DNA of 54,797 nt from an uncultured cyanobacterium (lineage in GTDB: Bacteria; Cyanobacteriota; Cyanobacteriia; Leptolyngbyales; Leptolyngbyaceae): the NCBI GenBank assembly GCA_963766075.1, contig CAVYAN010000093.1, positions 1-54,797 of the forward strand, given 5' to 3'. Shown here piece by piece: positions 1-9,633 of the stretch (its first letter is position 1; every line of letters starts with the position of its first letter). The notes beneath the pieces were generated by a model. That model was not told where the DNA came from, searched no databases, and was given only the letters and a program-made list of their open reading frames with translations. The translations under genes were made by a program, and so were the position numbers.

Positions 1-392
1 TAGCGGCCAAGGCCGTGCCCTCGCAGGCGGCCCTCCCCGGTTCCCCGCGCCCGCAAATTATCCTGTTCTGCCAAAAGTCCGATTGCATGAAGCGCGGCGG
101 TAAGGCGGTGTGTCAGGCATTGACTGAGGCATTGGCGGAGCGCCAGTTGGGCGATCGCGTCATCCTCAAAGGCACCGGCTGCATGAAGCAGTGCAAAACC
201 GGTCCCAATCTGGTGATGCCTGACAAGACCCGCTATACCCGGATCACGGCAACAGAGGTCGGTGCGATCGTGGCGACGCATTTCCCCCAGACCCCGCCTC
301 CCACCCCACCACTGCCTTTGGTCCCCATCGCGGCCACCCAGTCCGCCCGCGATCTAGCCCCTGTGCCACCCGTCCTTAGCCTTGCATCCTAA
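1..392 (+). CDS. Thioredoxin-like (2Fe-2S) ferredoxin domain protein, probably 5'-truncated by the window edge
   Basis: Cys pattern CQKSDC...GCMKQCKTGPN typical of TRX-like [2Fe-2S] ferredoxins; the frame is open back to the window start. Confidence 0.75.
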   Translation, partial: AAKAVPSQAALPGSPRPQIILFCQKSDCMKRGGKAVCQALTEALAERQLGDRVILKGTGCMKQCKTGPNLVMPDKTRYTRITATEVGAIVATHFPQTPPPTPPLPLVPIAATQSARDLAPVPPVLSLAS

Positions 393-706
393 TCAAAACC
401 CATAGCGGCACTGCTAGAATTGAGCGCTTTAAGCAGGCATCTGCCAAAAATAATTATCGCACCTTGGCACTTTCTCCAAGTCTGGCTCCTGCCGCAGGAG
501 AGCTACCGCTATAAACATCGCGCAACAAAAATACTTGCCCCATATCCTCCTAAAACCCAATATTCCTCCGAAAATATAGGGAGCAATCTAGATCCAGATT
601 GCTCCCTATATTTTGAATTAGTTATTTTTCCAGTTACTCCACCCAAGGAATTTAATTTCCTATCCTGACAGCGTTGGACCTGGCCCAGTGCCCAGTGCGG
701 TCTGGC

Positions 707-1153
707 TTAGGAATTAGACTGATCTTGCTGGCCCAGGATTTGATCTTTGAAATTTGAGAGTTCCTTGGAGAGTTCCCGACGACTGGCGGCTTTCCAGAGA
801 TACCGATAAACAAACCAAGCACTATACCCCATGCCCACCAGTTCAAAGGTCGGGGCCAGCAGTGGCACGTCCCCCACGGCGGTCAACAGGGCTAGGGTAA
901 GCTTGACGGACACCAACGAGGCAAACGCCAAGCCCAGGGTGATTAAAACCCGTTCATATTTTGTCCAGAAACCGCCCAAGTACTTCGTCGGCCCTGAAAG
1001 CACTTCGACCACGCGCTCCCAAAGCTGCTTCAACTGCTCGGTGGTTTCATCAGAAGGCATCATGGTACTCACCTTGACCAAAGGGGCGTTTGTGTGGACC
1101 TCGAACTCCGGTATGGAGACATCAGCTTCAGATTCTTTAACGTCAGGATTCAT
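707..1153 (-). CDS. curT: CAAD-domain thylakoid curvature protein (CurT/CURT1-like)
   Basis: C-terminal CAAD signature VPLLAPTFELVGMGYSAWFVYRYLWKAASRRELSKEL after two hydrophobic helices. Confidence 0.8.
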   Translation of the reverse strand: MNPDVKESEADVSIPEFEVHTNAPLVKVSTMMPSDETTEQLKQLWERVVEVLSGPTKYLGGFWTKYERVLITLGLAFASLVSVKLTLALLTAVGDVPLLAPTFELVGMGYSAWFVYRYLWKAASRRELSKELSNFKDQILGQQDQSNS

Positions 1154-1706
1154 ATGCTTTACATAGGTTAATGAGCTGGACAGGGCCGACTACGAAACTG
1201 TGTGACCCTTGGTTGAACGTCACCAAAGCCATGTCTGGACTTTTGACTAGCTTCCCAAGTGATTTGCCCAGCGACTCCGGTTATCAACAGGTTATAAATC
1301 AGGTGATCAAGCGATTCGTTTTTCAGACCATTGGAGCATGAATTTTGAGTGTCTGCGCACCAACTAGAAAATACTTAACCTCTTCATGAATGTAGCCTGA
1401 TTCTACTTGGGAATCTGTTCTGGATTATGGTAATCCATGTGTTGGTGTGCGATCGCACTTCTTCAGAAATTCATGCCTCTACCCTCTTTCCCCTTGGGTG
1501 CTCCACCAGCTCACCACAGTCGATTCAGCCATTTTAGCGCGTGGGCTGAATCGGTATTTCAGCAGATATACCCGCTAGGGCATAAGCACCCAGAGTATAA
1601 TTTCACAATGATGTATCGCGGGTATGGACAATGCAACCGCAGTTGAACGTCATCGCCTCTGGGTCGTTGTGTTGCCACTAGGGAGCTAAGTCAGGAATTC
1701 AGACTG

Positions 1707-3425
1707 ATGACAAAAATTTTAGTCATAGAAGACGACTCCACCGTGAGAGCGCTGATTCTAAAGCTATTAAAAGCCGAAGGATTTGATACCATCAGCGGGG
1801 AAAATGGTCGAGTCGGGCTGGAGATGGCTCAGATCCATGCCCCCGATTTGATTCTCTGTGACATTATGATGCCGGAATCCACGGGGTATGAAGTGCTGCG
1901 CAAATTGCGACAAGACCCCGCCACTGCCCGAATTCCTTTTATTTTCCTCAGTGCCAAAGCCGATCGCACAGACCTCCGCCAAGGCATGGACCTCGGAGCC
2001 GATGATTACCTGCCTAAACCCTTCAAACGCACGGAATTATTGGGAGCCATTGCCGCCCGTCTGGCTAAGCAATCGGCAATCACCCAGCCCTACATTGATG
2101 AAATGAAGCAGGCGGCCCAAAACCTGAGTCAATTGGCCTACCGCGATCCCCTCACCAACCTGCCTAACCGCATTCGATTTCACCATCAATTGCAAGACTC
2201 TCTGGCCAATGCCCAGCGCCATCATCACCTCGTCGCGGTACTTTGTCTCAACCTCGATCGCTTCAAAGTCATCAATCAAAACTGGGGTTACTCCAATGGG
2301 GATCTGCTGCTGAAAATGGCAGCACAGCGCATGGACCAAACTATGGGCCAGTCCTATATGGTCGCCCGGTCCAACGGCGATGAGTTCTGTGTCTTACTGG
2401 GAGAAATTCAGTCTTCGGCGGAGGTTACCCTAGCCGCCCAACAGTTGTTACAGACCCTCACGGATGCCTACTACCTAGAAGGGCATCGGATTCAACTGCA
2501 TGCCAGCATTGGGATTGCCCTCTATCCCCAGGATGGCAGCACCGCGGACACCCTATTGAATCGAGCCGACACCGCCGTGCGCTATGCCAAGGCCCAGGGC
2601 AGCAATCGTTATCAGTTCTACTCTGCCGAAATGGATAGTGTGGTGGCCGAGCATCAACGCATTGCCACCCATCTCGAACAGGTTCTGGACAATCATGAAT
2701 TGGGACTGCAATATCAGCCCCAGGTGAATTTGATGACGGGCCAGGTGATTGGAGCGGAGGTTTTGGTTCGGTGGGAGCGGGGTGAAATGAGTGGGATCTC
2801 GCCCAATAAATTTATTCCGATCGCCGAAGAAACCGGGGCGATTATTCCCATTGGTCAGTGGGTGCTGCGGGCGGCGTGCCTAGAAGCCAAGATATGGCAG
2901 GAAGCCACACGCTTACCCATCCAGGTTTCAGTGAATCTTTCTGCCCGCCAATTTCGCCAGCAGGACTTGATCGATTGCATTGCTCACACGCTGCGGGAGA
3001 CGGGGTTAAATCCGGATCTACTGGTCTTGGAACTGACCGAAACGGCTGTGATGGAAAATATTGATGCCACGGTCACAGTGCTACAGGGTATCCGTGCCAT
3101 GGGAGTGCATATTTCTATTGATGATTTCGGCACCGGCTATTCTTCGCTGAGCTATATCAAGCGGTTTCCAATTGATACGCTAAAACTCGATCAAGCGTTT
3201 ATTCAGGACATTGCGACCCAGGGCAATGATGCGGCGATTACCAGAGCAATTGTTGCCATGGCGCAAAGCCTACAGCTTAAAGTGATTGCCGAAGGAGTGG
3301 AAACCCAGGATCAGGCCAACTTTTTGCGTCAGATCGGCTGCCATGCCATGCAGGGCTACTTGTTTAGTCCGGCGTTACGAGGAGAGGACTTTTTGCAGAT
3401 GTTGCTGGCGGATCGCCGGCTTTGA
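1707..3425 (+). CDS. Response regulator with REC-GGDEF-EAL domains (likely c-di-GMP phosphodiesterase)
   Basis: REC (ILVIEDD, LCDIMMP, KPF), DPLTNLPNR, degenerate NGDEF, EVLVRW, DDFGTGYSSL, AEGVET, QGYLFS. Confidence 0.92.
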   Translation: MTKILVIEDDSTVRALILKLLKAEGFDTISGENGRVGLEMAQIHAPDLILCDIMMPESTGYEVLRKLRQDPATARIPFIFLSAKADRTDLRQGMDLGADDYLPKPFKRTELLGAIAARLAKQSAITQPYIDEMKQAAQNLSQLAYRDPLTNLPNRIRFHHQLQDSLANAQRHHHLVAVLCLNLDRFKVINQNWGYSNGDLLLKMAAQRMDQTMGQSYMVARSNGDEFCVLLGEIQSSAEVTLAAQQLLQTLTDAYYLEGHRIQLHASIGIALYPQDGSTADTLLNRADTAVRYAKAQGSNRYQFYSAEMDSVVAEHQRIATHLEQVLDNHELGLQYQPQVNLMTGQVIGAEVLVRWERGEMSGISPNKFIPIAEETGAIIPIGQWVLRAACLEAKIWQEATRLPIQVSVNLSARQFRQQDLIDCIAHTLRETGLNPDLLVLELTETAVMENIDATVTVLQGIRAMGVHISIDDFGTGYSSLSYIKRFPIDTLKLDQAFIQDIATQGNDAAITRAIVAMAQSLQLKVIAEGVETQDQANFLRQIGCHAMQGYLFSPALRGEDFLQMLLADRRL

Positions 3426-3459
3426 TGTCGAAGGCTTTAAGGTCGGCTTTCGGCTCAGG

Positions 3460-4443
3460 TTAACTGCTATGGTGGATGCCCCGATCCTGTAACTGCTTGA
3501 CGAAAAATTCTTCCAAGGATGCTCGCTTTAGATCCAGGGAAATTAACTGGGCATTCAGCAAGCTTAAGCTGGCGATGAAGTCCTGAGGACTGCCCAGCAA
3601 TTGTCCTTGCCAGCACCCATCCTGGAACGCCATGTTAGTGATGCGCTGTTTCAGCACATCGGGGCTGCCTCCCCGGACTTTGACGTAGTAGGCACTGTCT
3701 GCACCCAGGAGATCTTGCAATGATCCCAGGGCAATGAGATCGCCTTGGGCTAGGATGGCCACACGATCGCAAATTTGCTCCACGTCCGACAGAATATGGC
3801 TGTTAAAGAAAATCGTCTTGCCCCGCTTTTTTAGCGACAGGATGATTTCCCGGATTTGATAACGCCCCAGGGGATCAAGGCCCGACATCGGCTCATCAAA
3901 AAATACCAGCTCAGGATCATTAATTAAAGCCTGGGCCATGCCGATGCGTTGCAGCATCCCCTTGGAGTATTGCCGGAGTTGCTTTTTCCGCGCCGCCGAT
4001 TGCGCCAATCCCACTAAATCCAACAGTTCGGGAATCCGCTGGCGTTGCACAGAACCGGGCACCCCAAACAAACCCGCCGTAAATTTGAGGATTTCCCACC
4101 CGGTTAAATAGTCATAGAAATAGGGATTCTCGGGCAAATAGCCGATGCGCTGCTTCACGGCGCGATCGCCCAGGGGCTGCCCCAGCAATAGCCCTCTTCC
4201 CCCCGACGGGCGAACAATTCCCAGCAGCGTTTTCAGCAGTGTGGTTTTGCCCGCTCCGTTGGGGCCTAGGAGTCCAAAGGTTTCCCCTTTGTAAACCTTG
4301 AGGGTGCAGCCCTTGAGGGAGGCGATTTTTTGATTCAGCCAAAACCCCGTGCGGTAGGTTTTGCGCAGTTCGTAGGTTTCTACCACCGCCGGAGATTCGT
4401 GAGGGGGATGCGTCAGTGGCGGAAGGGAATCTACAGGGTCCAT
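3460..4443 (-). CDS. ABC transporter ATP-binding protein (PilH-like)
   Basis: Walker A GPNGAGKT, signature YSKGM, Walker B VFFDEP, H-loop NSH. Confidence 0.9.
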   Translation of the reverse strand: MDPVDSLPPLTHPPHESPAVVETYELRKTYRTGFWLNQKIASLKGCTLKVYKGETFGLLGPNGAGKTTLLKTLLGIVRPSGGRGLLLGQPLGDRAVKQRIGYLPENPYFYDYLTGWEILKFTAGLFGVPGSVQRQRIPELLDLVGLAQSAARKKQLRQYSKGMLQRIGMAQALINDPELVFFDEPMSGLDPLGRYQIREIILSLKKRGKTIFFNSHILSDVEQICDRVAILAQGDLIALGSLQDLLGADSAYYVKVRGGSPDVLKQRITNMAFQDGCWQGQLLGSPQDFIASLSLLNAQLISLDLKRASLEEFFVKQLQDRGIHHSS

Positions 4444-4564
4444 GGTCGGCGGCAACAATGCTACAAGCTACAGGGTACTGAAAAAATGCCCACATGGAAC
4501 GTTAAGCTAAGGAAATAAGTGCCGCTGTGCGGAATTCACTGTTCAAAATGCTCTGGGGCAAATT

Positions 4565-4708
4565 ATGGATCGATCAAAAATTGTGGCCGTGGTAACGGGA
4601 GCGATCGCCATCATTCTCAGCCTCGCCTATCTACTCATTGTCCAGCTCCTCGACTTTCGAGGCGAAATGGTTCCGGCCCCGATTGATGTCTTGGGACTGC
4701 TGGGGTAG
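4565..4708 (+). CDS. 47-aa single-pass membrane microprotein (not in ORF track)
   Basis: ATG 4565 to TAG 4708: MDRSKIVAVVTGAIAIILSLAYLLIVQLLDFRGEMVPAPIDVLGLLG; the LLDFRGEMxPAP ending resembles a conserved small cyanobacterial family. Confidence 0.75.
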   Translation: MDRSKIVAVVTGAIAIILSLAYLLIVQLLDFRGEMVPAPIDVLGLLG

Positions 4709-4769
4709 GCAAAAATTAAAAATGCAAAATTTAGACTGACACGGACCGACATTTTTAATTAATTCCCGA

Positions 4770-5693
4770 ATGCATATTCTTGAAGCCCGTTCTCTGCAAA
4801 AGTCCTACCGCGACAAGGGCAAAACCTTCACCGCTGTGCGGGATGTCTCCTTGTCGATCGCGGCAGGGGAGATACTGGCATTTCTGGGACCGAATGGGGC
4901 GGGCAAAACCACCACCATTAAGATGATTGCTGGATTGATTGCGCCCGATGCGGGCTGGGTGCGTATTTGCGATCGCGATCCCCATACCAATCCCGATGCC
5001 CTGCGGTGCCTGGGAGCCGTGTTGGAAGGCAACCGCAACATTTACTGGCGACTGACCCCGCTGGAAAACCTGGAATATTTCGGCGTGTTGCGCGGGCTAT
5101 CGGCCCGAGTGGCGAAGCAGCGGGCCGAACACCTCCTGGAACGGTTTCGCCTGCAAGATAAGCGCCGCACTGAGGTTAAATCCCTATCGCGCGGGATGCA
5201 GCAGAAACTGGCGATCGCCGTGGCGCTGATGCATGAGCCGCCCCTGTTGTTACTGGACGAACCCACCCTGGGGCTAGATGTCGAAGCGACGGAAGAGGTC
5301 AAACGTCTGATTCGCGAAATTGTCGCGGCGGGCTGCGCCATCCTGCTCACGACGCACCAGCTCACCGTGGCCGAAGCCCTATCCAATCGCGTGGCCATTA
5401 TCAACAAGGGCGAAATTATTGCCGAATCGGCCACCGCCGACTTGATTCGCCAATTTTCCGGAGCCGCCTATCGCATTGAAACCGCTGTGCCCATTGGCAG
5501 CGATCGCCAGGATAAACTCGCGGCCCTAGGCGTGACCCTCAGCCACGAGAACACGGTCCATATTCCCGATGGTCAAATTCTCTACGCCGTCCTAGAAATT
5601 CTCAAGCCGCTGCCGCTGCTCAGTCTGCAAAAAGACCAAGCCAACCTGATGGATATTTTCCTCAAGCTGATCCGCCAAGACGATAGCCGCTAA
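4770..5693 (+). CDS. ABC-2 exporter ATP-binding protein
   Basis: GPNGAGKT, LSRGMQQ, LLLLDEP. Confidence 0.92.
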   Translation: MHILEARSLQKSYRDKGKTFTAVRDVSLSIAAGEILAFLGPNGAGKTTTIKMIAGLIAPDAGWVRICDRDPHTNPDALRCLGAVLEGNRNIYWRLTPLENLEYFGVLRGLSARVAKQRAEHLLERFRLQDKRRTEVKSLSRGMQQKLAIAVALMHEPPLLLLDEPTLGLDVEATEEVKRLIREIVAAGCAILLTTHQLTVAEALSNRVAIINKGEIIAESATADLIRQFSGAAYRIETAVPIGSDRQDKLAALGVTLSHENTVHIPDGQILYAVLEILKPLPLLSLQKDQANLMDIFLKLIRQDDSR

Positions 5694-5765
5694 TTCCATC
5701 GCCGCCGATCCCACCGTCTCTGAATCCCATCGTCGCCCTACCCGACCTCGAGTGATCCCCGCCCC

Positions 5766-6539
5766 ATGCTTCCCCTCTTCCTGGCCGAACTCAAACGCAG
5801 TTGGATTCAACTGTGCCGCTATCCTACCGAAATCATTGGCGGAGTCGTCGCCCTAACTGCCGTATTCTATGGCCTGTTTCTCAGTGCTCGGTATATTGCC
5901 GGTCCCGGCTTGCAGTTTGGCGATCGCCTCGATGCCATCATCGTTGGCTACGTACTCTGGTCTCTGGTCATTTTCATCATGGGCGACACCGCTGGTGGCC
6001 TACAGCGCGAAGCCCAAACGGGCACCCTAGAGCAAGTTTTTCTGTCGCCCTTTGGTGGTCCTCGGGTCTTTCTCATCCGGGCTGCTGCCAACCTGGCCAT
6101 TCAGTTACTGATTAACCTTGGCGTCCTCGGCCTTATTATGCTGCTGACGGGCCGATATTTATCCTTTCCGCCGGCGCTGATCCTGCCCTTAATTGCCCTA
6201 TTGTTGGGGGCCTATGGCCTCTCCATGAGCATGGGTGCCCTGGCGCTGCTCCTCAAGCAGGTTCAACAACTGCTGGGCATTTTTAATTTTGCCCTGCTGT
6301 TTGTGCTGACGGTGCCTGTGGAAAGCTGGACAGGTGTCGCCCAACTCTGGGGCTTCCTGCTGCCCATGGCCTCCAGTGCGGGCATTTTGCGATCGCTGAT
6401 GGCCCAATCCCAACCCCTCAATTTGCCCCTTTGTGCTGTCGCCCTTCTAAATGGCATCAGCTATTTTGCCCTTGGCCTCTGGCTATTTCACTTTGCTGAA
6501 CGTGCCGCCAAACGCCAAGGCAAACTCAGCGGCTACTAA
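5766..6539 (+). CDS. ABC-2 type permease
   Basis: About six hydrophobic helices and a REAQTGTLEQVFLSP loop; directly follows the ABC ATPase. Confidence 0.85.
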   Translation: MLPLFLAELKRSWIQLCRYPTEIIGGVVALTAVFYGLFLSARYIAGPGLQFGDRLDAIIVGYVLWSLVIFIMGDTAGGLQREAQTGTLEQVFLSPFGGPRVFLIRAAANLAIQLLINLGVLGLIMLLTGRYLSFPPALILPLIALLLGAYGLSMSMGALALLLKQVQQLLGIFNFALLFVLTVPVESWTGVAQLWGFLLPMASSAGILRSLMAQSQPLNLPLCAVALLNGISYFALGLWLFHFAERAAKRQGKLSGY

Positions 6540-6588
6540 TCTCAGCAGCTATTTCCTTGGACAGTTATTAATCCTTCTGCCGCACCAC

Positions 6589-7491
6589 CTACCGCACCAC
6601 AATCCGCCGTACAGCTAACGAACTCCCCAACACCCCCACCACTCCGCCAAACCCCAGCAAAATTAGGGGGAGCACCCCGGCGTGGGCCGAATTTTTGGGT
6701 AACCCCTCAGTCAAAAACTGCACAAACTCGGGCTGCTGCTGTAACACCTGTTGGAGGAACTGCTGCACGCTGGCCAGCAAGCCCCAGGCCAACGCCGCCC
6801 CAGTCACCCCAAAGGTGATGCCCTGCAAAATAAACGGCAGGTAAATTAGCCCACTGGTGGCCCCTACCAGTTGCATGACCTCAATCTCGCGGCGACGGGC
6901 CATCACAATGAGGCGAATCGTGGTGGTAATCACGGCGATCGCCGTTAGGGTCAGCAGCGAAATCACGGCCACACTCACCCCACTCAAGCCCCGATTCAAC
7001 TGGGATACCCGTTGTACGGCCTCATCCACATATTGCACTTCATCCACGCCCTGGAGAGTAGCCAGTTGCTTAGCGACTCCCGGCATCGCTGCCGCTGACT
7101 GCACCTTCACCTTCAATTCATCCACCAGCGGATTCCCGGTGAGCTGGTGTGTTGCCCCCTGAATATCCGATGCTCCCAAATCGTGCAGCAGCCGAGTCCA
7201 AGCTTCTTCCTTGGGAATGGATCGGACTTCGGACACTCCCGGCATTGCTGCCACTGCGGCGCGCAAATCCGTCGCTTGAATGCCGGTATCCAAATAAACC
7301 GATACCTCTAGCTGGCTGCCAAACTGGTTGAGCAAGCCCTCGACCTGCCACGATGCCTGCAAACTCATGCCGAACAAGAATAGCAAAACGGTGACGGTGC
7401 TAATGGCCGCCCAATTCATCCAACCGCCCCGTCGCAATCCTAGGAAGGTTTCCCGCAGGAGGTAGTCAAATTGGGTTAGTGCTTTCAACAC
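6589..7491 (-). CDS. ftsX: Cell division permease-like protein FtsX
   Basis: WMNWAAISTV N-terminal helix, NPL motif, TTIRLIVMARRREIEVMQLVGAT; GTG start inferred. Confidence 0.88.
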   Translation of the reverse strand: MLKALTQFDYLLRETFLGLRRGGWMNWAAISTVTVLLFLFGMSLQASWQVEGLLNQFGSQLEVSVYLDTGIQATDLRAAVAAMPGVSEVRSIPKEEAWTRLLHDLGASDIQGATHQLTGNPLVDELKVKVQSAAAMPGVAKQLATLQGVDEVQYVDEAVQRVSQLNRGLSGVSVAVISLLTLTAIAVITTTIRLIVMARRREIEVMQLVGATSGLIYLPFILQGITFGVTGAALAWGLLASVQQFLQQVLQQQPEFVQFLTEGLPKNSAHAGVLPLILLGFGGVVGVLGSSLAVRRIVVR

Positions 7492-7514
7492 AAGGCAGAA
7501 TCTCCCTGCAATTA

Positions 7515-7582
7515 AGGACCAATCAAGCTCAGGACCAATCAAGCGCAAGACCCATCAAGTTCAGGCCCAATCAAGTTCAGGA
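7515..7582 (+). repeat. Four imperfect tandem copies of a 16-bp unit (AGGACCAATCAAGYTC) upstream of ftsX
   Basis: aggaccaatcaagctc / aggaccaatcaagcgc / aagacccatcaagttc / aggcccaatcaagttc. Confidence 0.85.
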
Positions 7583-7848
7583 CACTTATGGTCCGCACCG
7601 ACTGATCGACCGACTAAGATCCGCACCGATTGAGAACTCAGTGATTTAGGACTTAGTTATGCCACGAATTCGACAATTGGGCCGAAAAAAGTGGCAATCT
7701 TCCCAACTTTTGGGGCAGGCTTTTGGGACGAGCCTTTTTGGCCTGCTTTTTTGGCTCGCTTCTGCGCCATTTTCACCAAATCGGACTATTATTCCCTATG
7801 AATAAGCGGCAGCTTGGGGTAAATCTGTGCTGAAGAGGGCGGTCCGGC

Positions 7849-8403
7849 ATGTTTGATGTTCTGCCATTGCGGGCGGTACTGTTCCAGTTTCTATTTCTAA
7901 TGATTGCGATCGCCATTGATTCTGTGGTCTTCTATCGCAATGTCGAAGAACTGGAATATAAGTCCAGTGTGCAATATGCGGCGGCGGCGAATTTGTTTAC
8001 AACCTGTTTGGGCTGGGTGATTTTCTTTAACATTCAGCCATTGCTACCGCTGGAGCTTAAGGAACAATTGATTAGCTTTATTTTCTTTGGACAATTTTTT
8101 CAAAACAGTTGGCTGAATTGGGTCCCGCAAGTGCTCCTTGGCTTAACTGCTCTTATGTTTTGCGGCACGGTGATTATCAAGCTGATTGGATTGAATCTGG
8201 TAGAGCGCCTCTTAGAGAAAGAACTCAAGCCTGAGGATGCTGAGGCCACGTTCCGGCGAAAACGGCTGAAGCGCCGACAGGCTTGGATGCACCGGGTCAA
8301 TCCGCGGCAGGAGTTTTTTATGGCGGTACTGCGCGGCTGTAGCTATAGCTTTAGCGCTATCCTGCTCATCCTGTTGGTTGTGTATGCAGAACAGTTTCGT
8401 TAG
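7849..8403 (+). CDS. fraC: Filament integrity protein FraC
   Basis: LPLRAVLFQFLFLMIAIAIDS N-terminus, KSSVQYAAAANL, three TM segments; first gene of a fraCDE-like arrangement. Confidence 0.82.
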   Translation: MFDVLPLRAVLFQFLFLMIAIAIDSVVFYRNVEELEYKSSVQYAAAANLFTTCLGWVIFFNIQPLLPLELKEQLISFIFFGQFFQNSWLNWVPQVLLGLTALMFCGTVIIKLIGLNLVERLLEKELKPEDAEATFRRKRLKRRQAWMHRVNPRQEFFMAVLRGCSYSFSAILLILLVVYAEQFR

Positions 8404-8537
8404 TTTCACTCCCTACCGTGCTGCCGCGAGTGAATTAGGGGGGACGGGAAAATTTCTGGCTTAAGGCCAGGTTTGGGTCAGGATCTAGGTCTAAGTTGAG
8501 TTTGAGTCTCTAGAGTTAACTCTCTGAATATAGTGAA

Positions 8538-9530
8538 ATGGCTGGAATTTTTGACGAAATTAGAACCGTTCTTTACCCCGCAAAATGGGATTCTTGGCAA
8601 GCGCTGATTTGGGTGAGTGTATTTTCTTGGTCGGTTTCGCTGCTATCCGCAGGGCTGGTCCAGGAAATCATCGCCACTGTGGCCTGGGTTTTTCTGGTGC
8701 TGGGGGTGCATTGGTTTGTCCATGAGGAAGGATTAATCACGCGGCCTAAGGATGATAAAAGCAAGATCAACGTCAAGAAAGGGCTAACGATTAATAATAT
8801 TTTTCTGGGACCTTGGATTACCGGGGCGCTGATTTGCGTTTATTTGTTTGGGCATTTGATGGGGCGCTTTCCGCCCTTAGCCTTTGTGGTCTGGCCGCCG
8901 CTGTCTGCCGCGATCGCCGTGATTCCTAAATTTATCAAGCTCGGTCCGGCAGGCACCCCGATTTGGGTCACTCCAGAAGCCAAGTTTCGCCTGGGATTGA
9001 TTATCCTTGTTCTCAGCAATATCCTGTTGAGCTGCTGGTTTCAATTCTATTTTGCGACCCAGGCGTGGGTTCGGGAATATCCCAGTTTGGCCAACCAAGA
9101 TTTGAGGCGCAGCTCTTTTATGGTGAAGGTGGGCGCACCCCCAGTCACCCCGGAGCGGGGGCGTCTTTTACTGGAACAGGCCGAGGCCACCTTGCAGGCA
9201 GACTTGGGATCATTGGCATGGACTGAAACCCAGCGCTGGTTTCAAGACTTTCCGCAAGCGTTTCTCCGGTTTCGAGAGTCCTTATCGCAGCAGGCCGGAG
9301 ACAGCCAAGAGAAAAAAATGTGGGCTCTTGATGGGCGGATCTTGCCGGACTATAGTGTGCAGCTTTATGCGGTATGGCAAGGGCCAAGTGCGGAATTGGG
9401 GGGGTATCATTTTACCCGGACCTGCAAAGTGCGACGCCTGCCCGGGGCCACTCTGAATGCCCCGAAAGCTCGGGTTGAATGTGGACCCATTATTGGACCA
9501 GTGCCGGGAGCGCCGGATAAAACGAAGTAA
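8538..9530 (+). CDS. fraD: Septal junction protein FraD
   Basis: SWQALIWVS, PWITGALIC, LLSCWFQFYF...W...YPSL, and a C-terminal extracytoplasmic domain with two Cys. Confidence 0.82.
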   Translation: MAGIFDEIRTVLYPAKWDSWQALIWVSVFSWSVSLLSAGLVQEIIATVAWVFLVLGVHWFVHEEGLITRPKDDKSKINVKKGLTINNIFLGPWITGALICVYLFGHLMGRFPPLAFVVWPPLSAAIAVIPKFIKLGPAGTPIWVTPEAKFRLGLIILVLSNILLSCWFQFYFATQAWVREYPSLANQDLRRSSFMVKVGAPPVTPERGRLLLEQAEATLQADLGSLAWTETQRWFQDFPQAFLRFRESLSQQAGDSQEKKMWALDGRILPDYSVQLYAVWQGPSAELGGYHFTRTCKVRRLPGATLNAPKARVECGPIIGPVPGAPDKTK

Positions 9531-9633
9531 AAACGGAGTGCCGCTGAAGTCAGGGGTGCTAGGTGGCTGGCCTCGGCGGCATTTCGGGTGTAGGCATTTC
9601 GGGCTTGACTGAGACGGTATTAAGAGGGGGTCT

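Noticed and set aside
7515..7582. Iteron-like origin or CRISPR
   Set aside because: Directly abutting imperfect 16-mers with no spacers and no rep gene, in a core chromosomal context
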